From assembly GCA_028276785.1 (NCBI GenBank), contig JAPYVP010000011.1:1-15635 (forward strand): 15,635 bases of DNA, written 5' to 3'. The position numbers were made by a program, and so were the translations under genes. Position 1 is the stretch's first letter. Each line of letters starts with the position of its first letter. This document shows positions 15,267 to 15,635 of this stretch, piece after piece. The notes under the pieces were generated by a model, which was not told the origin of the DNA, ran no database searches, and saw only the letters and a list, made by a program, of their open reading frames with translations. Origin of the DNA: Candidatus Nanopusillus sp. Lineage in GTDB: Archaea; Nanobdellota; Nanobdellia; Nanobdellales; Nanobdellaceae.

Positions 15267-15615
15267 TTAATATATTTTTAACTACTTGATAAGCCTTTTC
15301 TACAGATTTTTTATCATATGTAAATGGTAAATATCTTGAAGAAATATATGCTTGTTTTATTAATTCTAAAGTGATATATTCATTATCCACTATTTCTTTT
15401 AATTTATTATCTTTCGTTAATTCGGTAATTTTATTTAATAAAATAATAATATCGTGCGTTTTATCATATGTTCCGGTTAGTTCATATAATTTATATTTTA
15501 AACCCAATTGTAATGCTTGTTCTAAATGAAACATAGCTAAATTATATTTTCCTTCATTTAAATTTCTTTCCCCTTCTTTAAAGAAATCTATTGAATTATT
15601 TTTAAGAAAATCCAT
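15247..15615 (-). CDS. HEPN-domain protein (PF05168-like), partner of the MNT
   Basis: 122-aa ORF. The pattern A.FHLEQALQLGLKYKL...THDIIILL...AYISSRYLPF is typical of small HEPN proteins paired with MNTs. No canonical R-x4-6-H motif is visible, since R94 is followed by YLPFTY. Confidence 0.75.
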   Translation of the reverse strand: MDFLKNNSIDFFKEGERNLNEGKYNLAMFHLEQALQLGLKYKLYELTGTYDKTHDIIILLNKITELTKDNKLKEIVDNEYITLELIKQAYISSRYLPFTYDKKSVEKAYQVVKNILNVLGIL

Positions 15616-15635
15616 ATAAATTTTTTATTTTATAA

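Overview
AT-rich archaeal DNA (hand-counted samples give 18-34% GC) carrying two very GC-rich tRNA genes. That contrast suggests a thermophile with a reduced, compact genome, possibly Nanoarchaeota/DPANN-like; this is inference only. The left ~9.3 kb is tightly packed housekeeping: partial tRNA-Gly(GCC), a Q/N/G-rich FG-repeat coiled-coil protein, archaeal leucyl-tRNA synthetase, ribosomal protein S3Ae, a PUA/SAM methyltransferase, a membrane-anchored Lon-like protease candidate, a RecB/Cas4-like PD-(D/E)xK nuclease, tRNA-Ser(GCU), a sequon-dense small membrane protein, a ThiS/MoaD-type Gly-Gly protein and a phosphoglucose/phosphomannose isomerase. Genes appear leaderless, with a TTTAAA-type TATA box centred about 27 nt upstream of each ATG. 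From ~9.5 kb the character changes. There is a frameshifted GNAT gene whose 3' end is re-duplicated 360 bp downstream. It is followed by an HExxH orphan isolated by two ~420-430 bp noncoding spacers, an extremely AT-rich coiled-coil orphan, and a short AlkP/PglZ-like phosphoesterase. Next come two ORFs that read as one gene interrupted by a single in-frame TGA, then an overlapping HEPN-nucleotidyltransferase pair. This right-hand ~5.5 kb is the best candidate for an accessory, defence or mobile-derived island, but the evidence is co-localisation, composition and short motifs only. No CRISPR array, integrase or transposase was seen. All calls rest on reading the sequence and motifs, with no database search.
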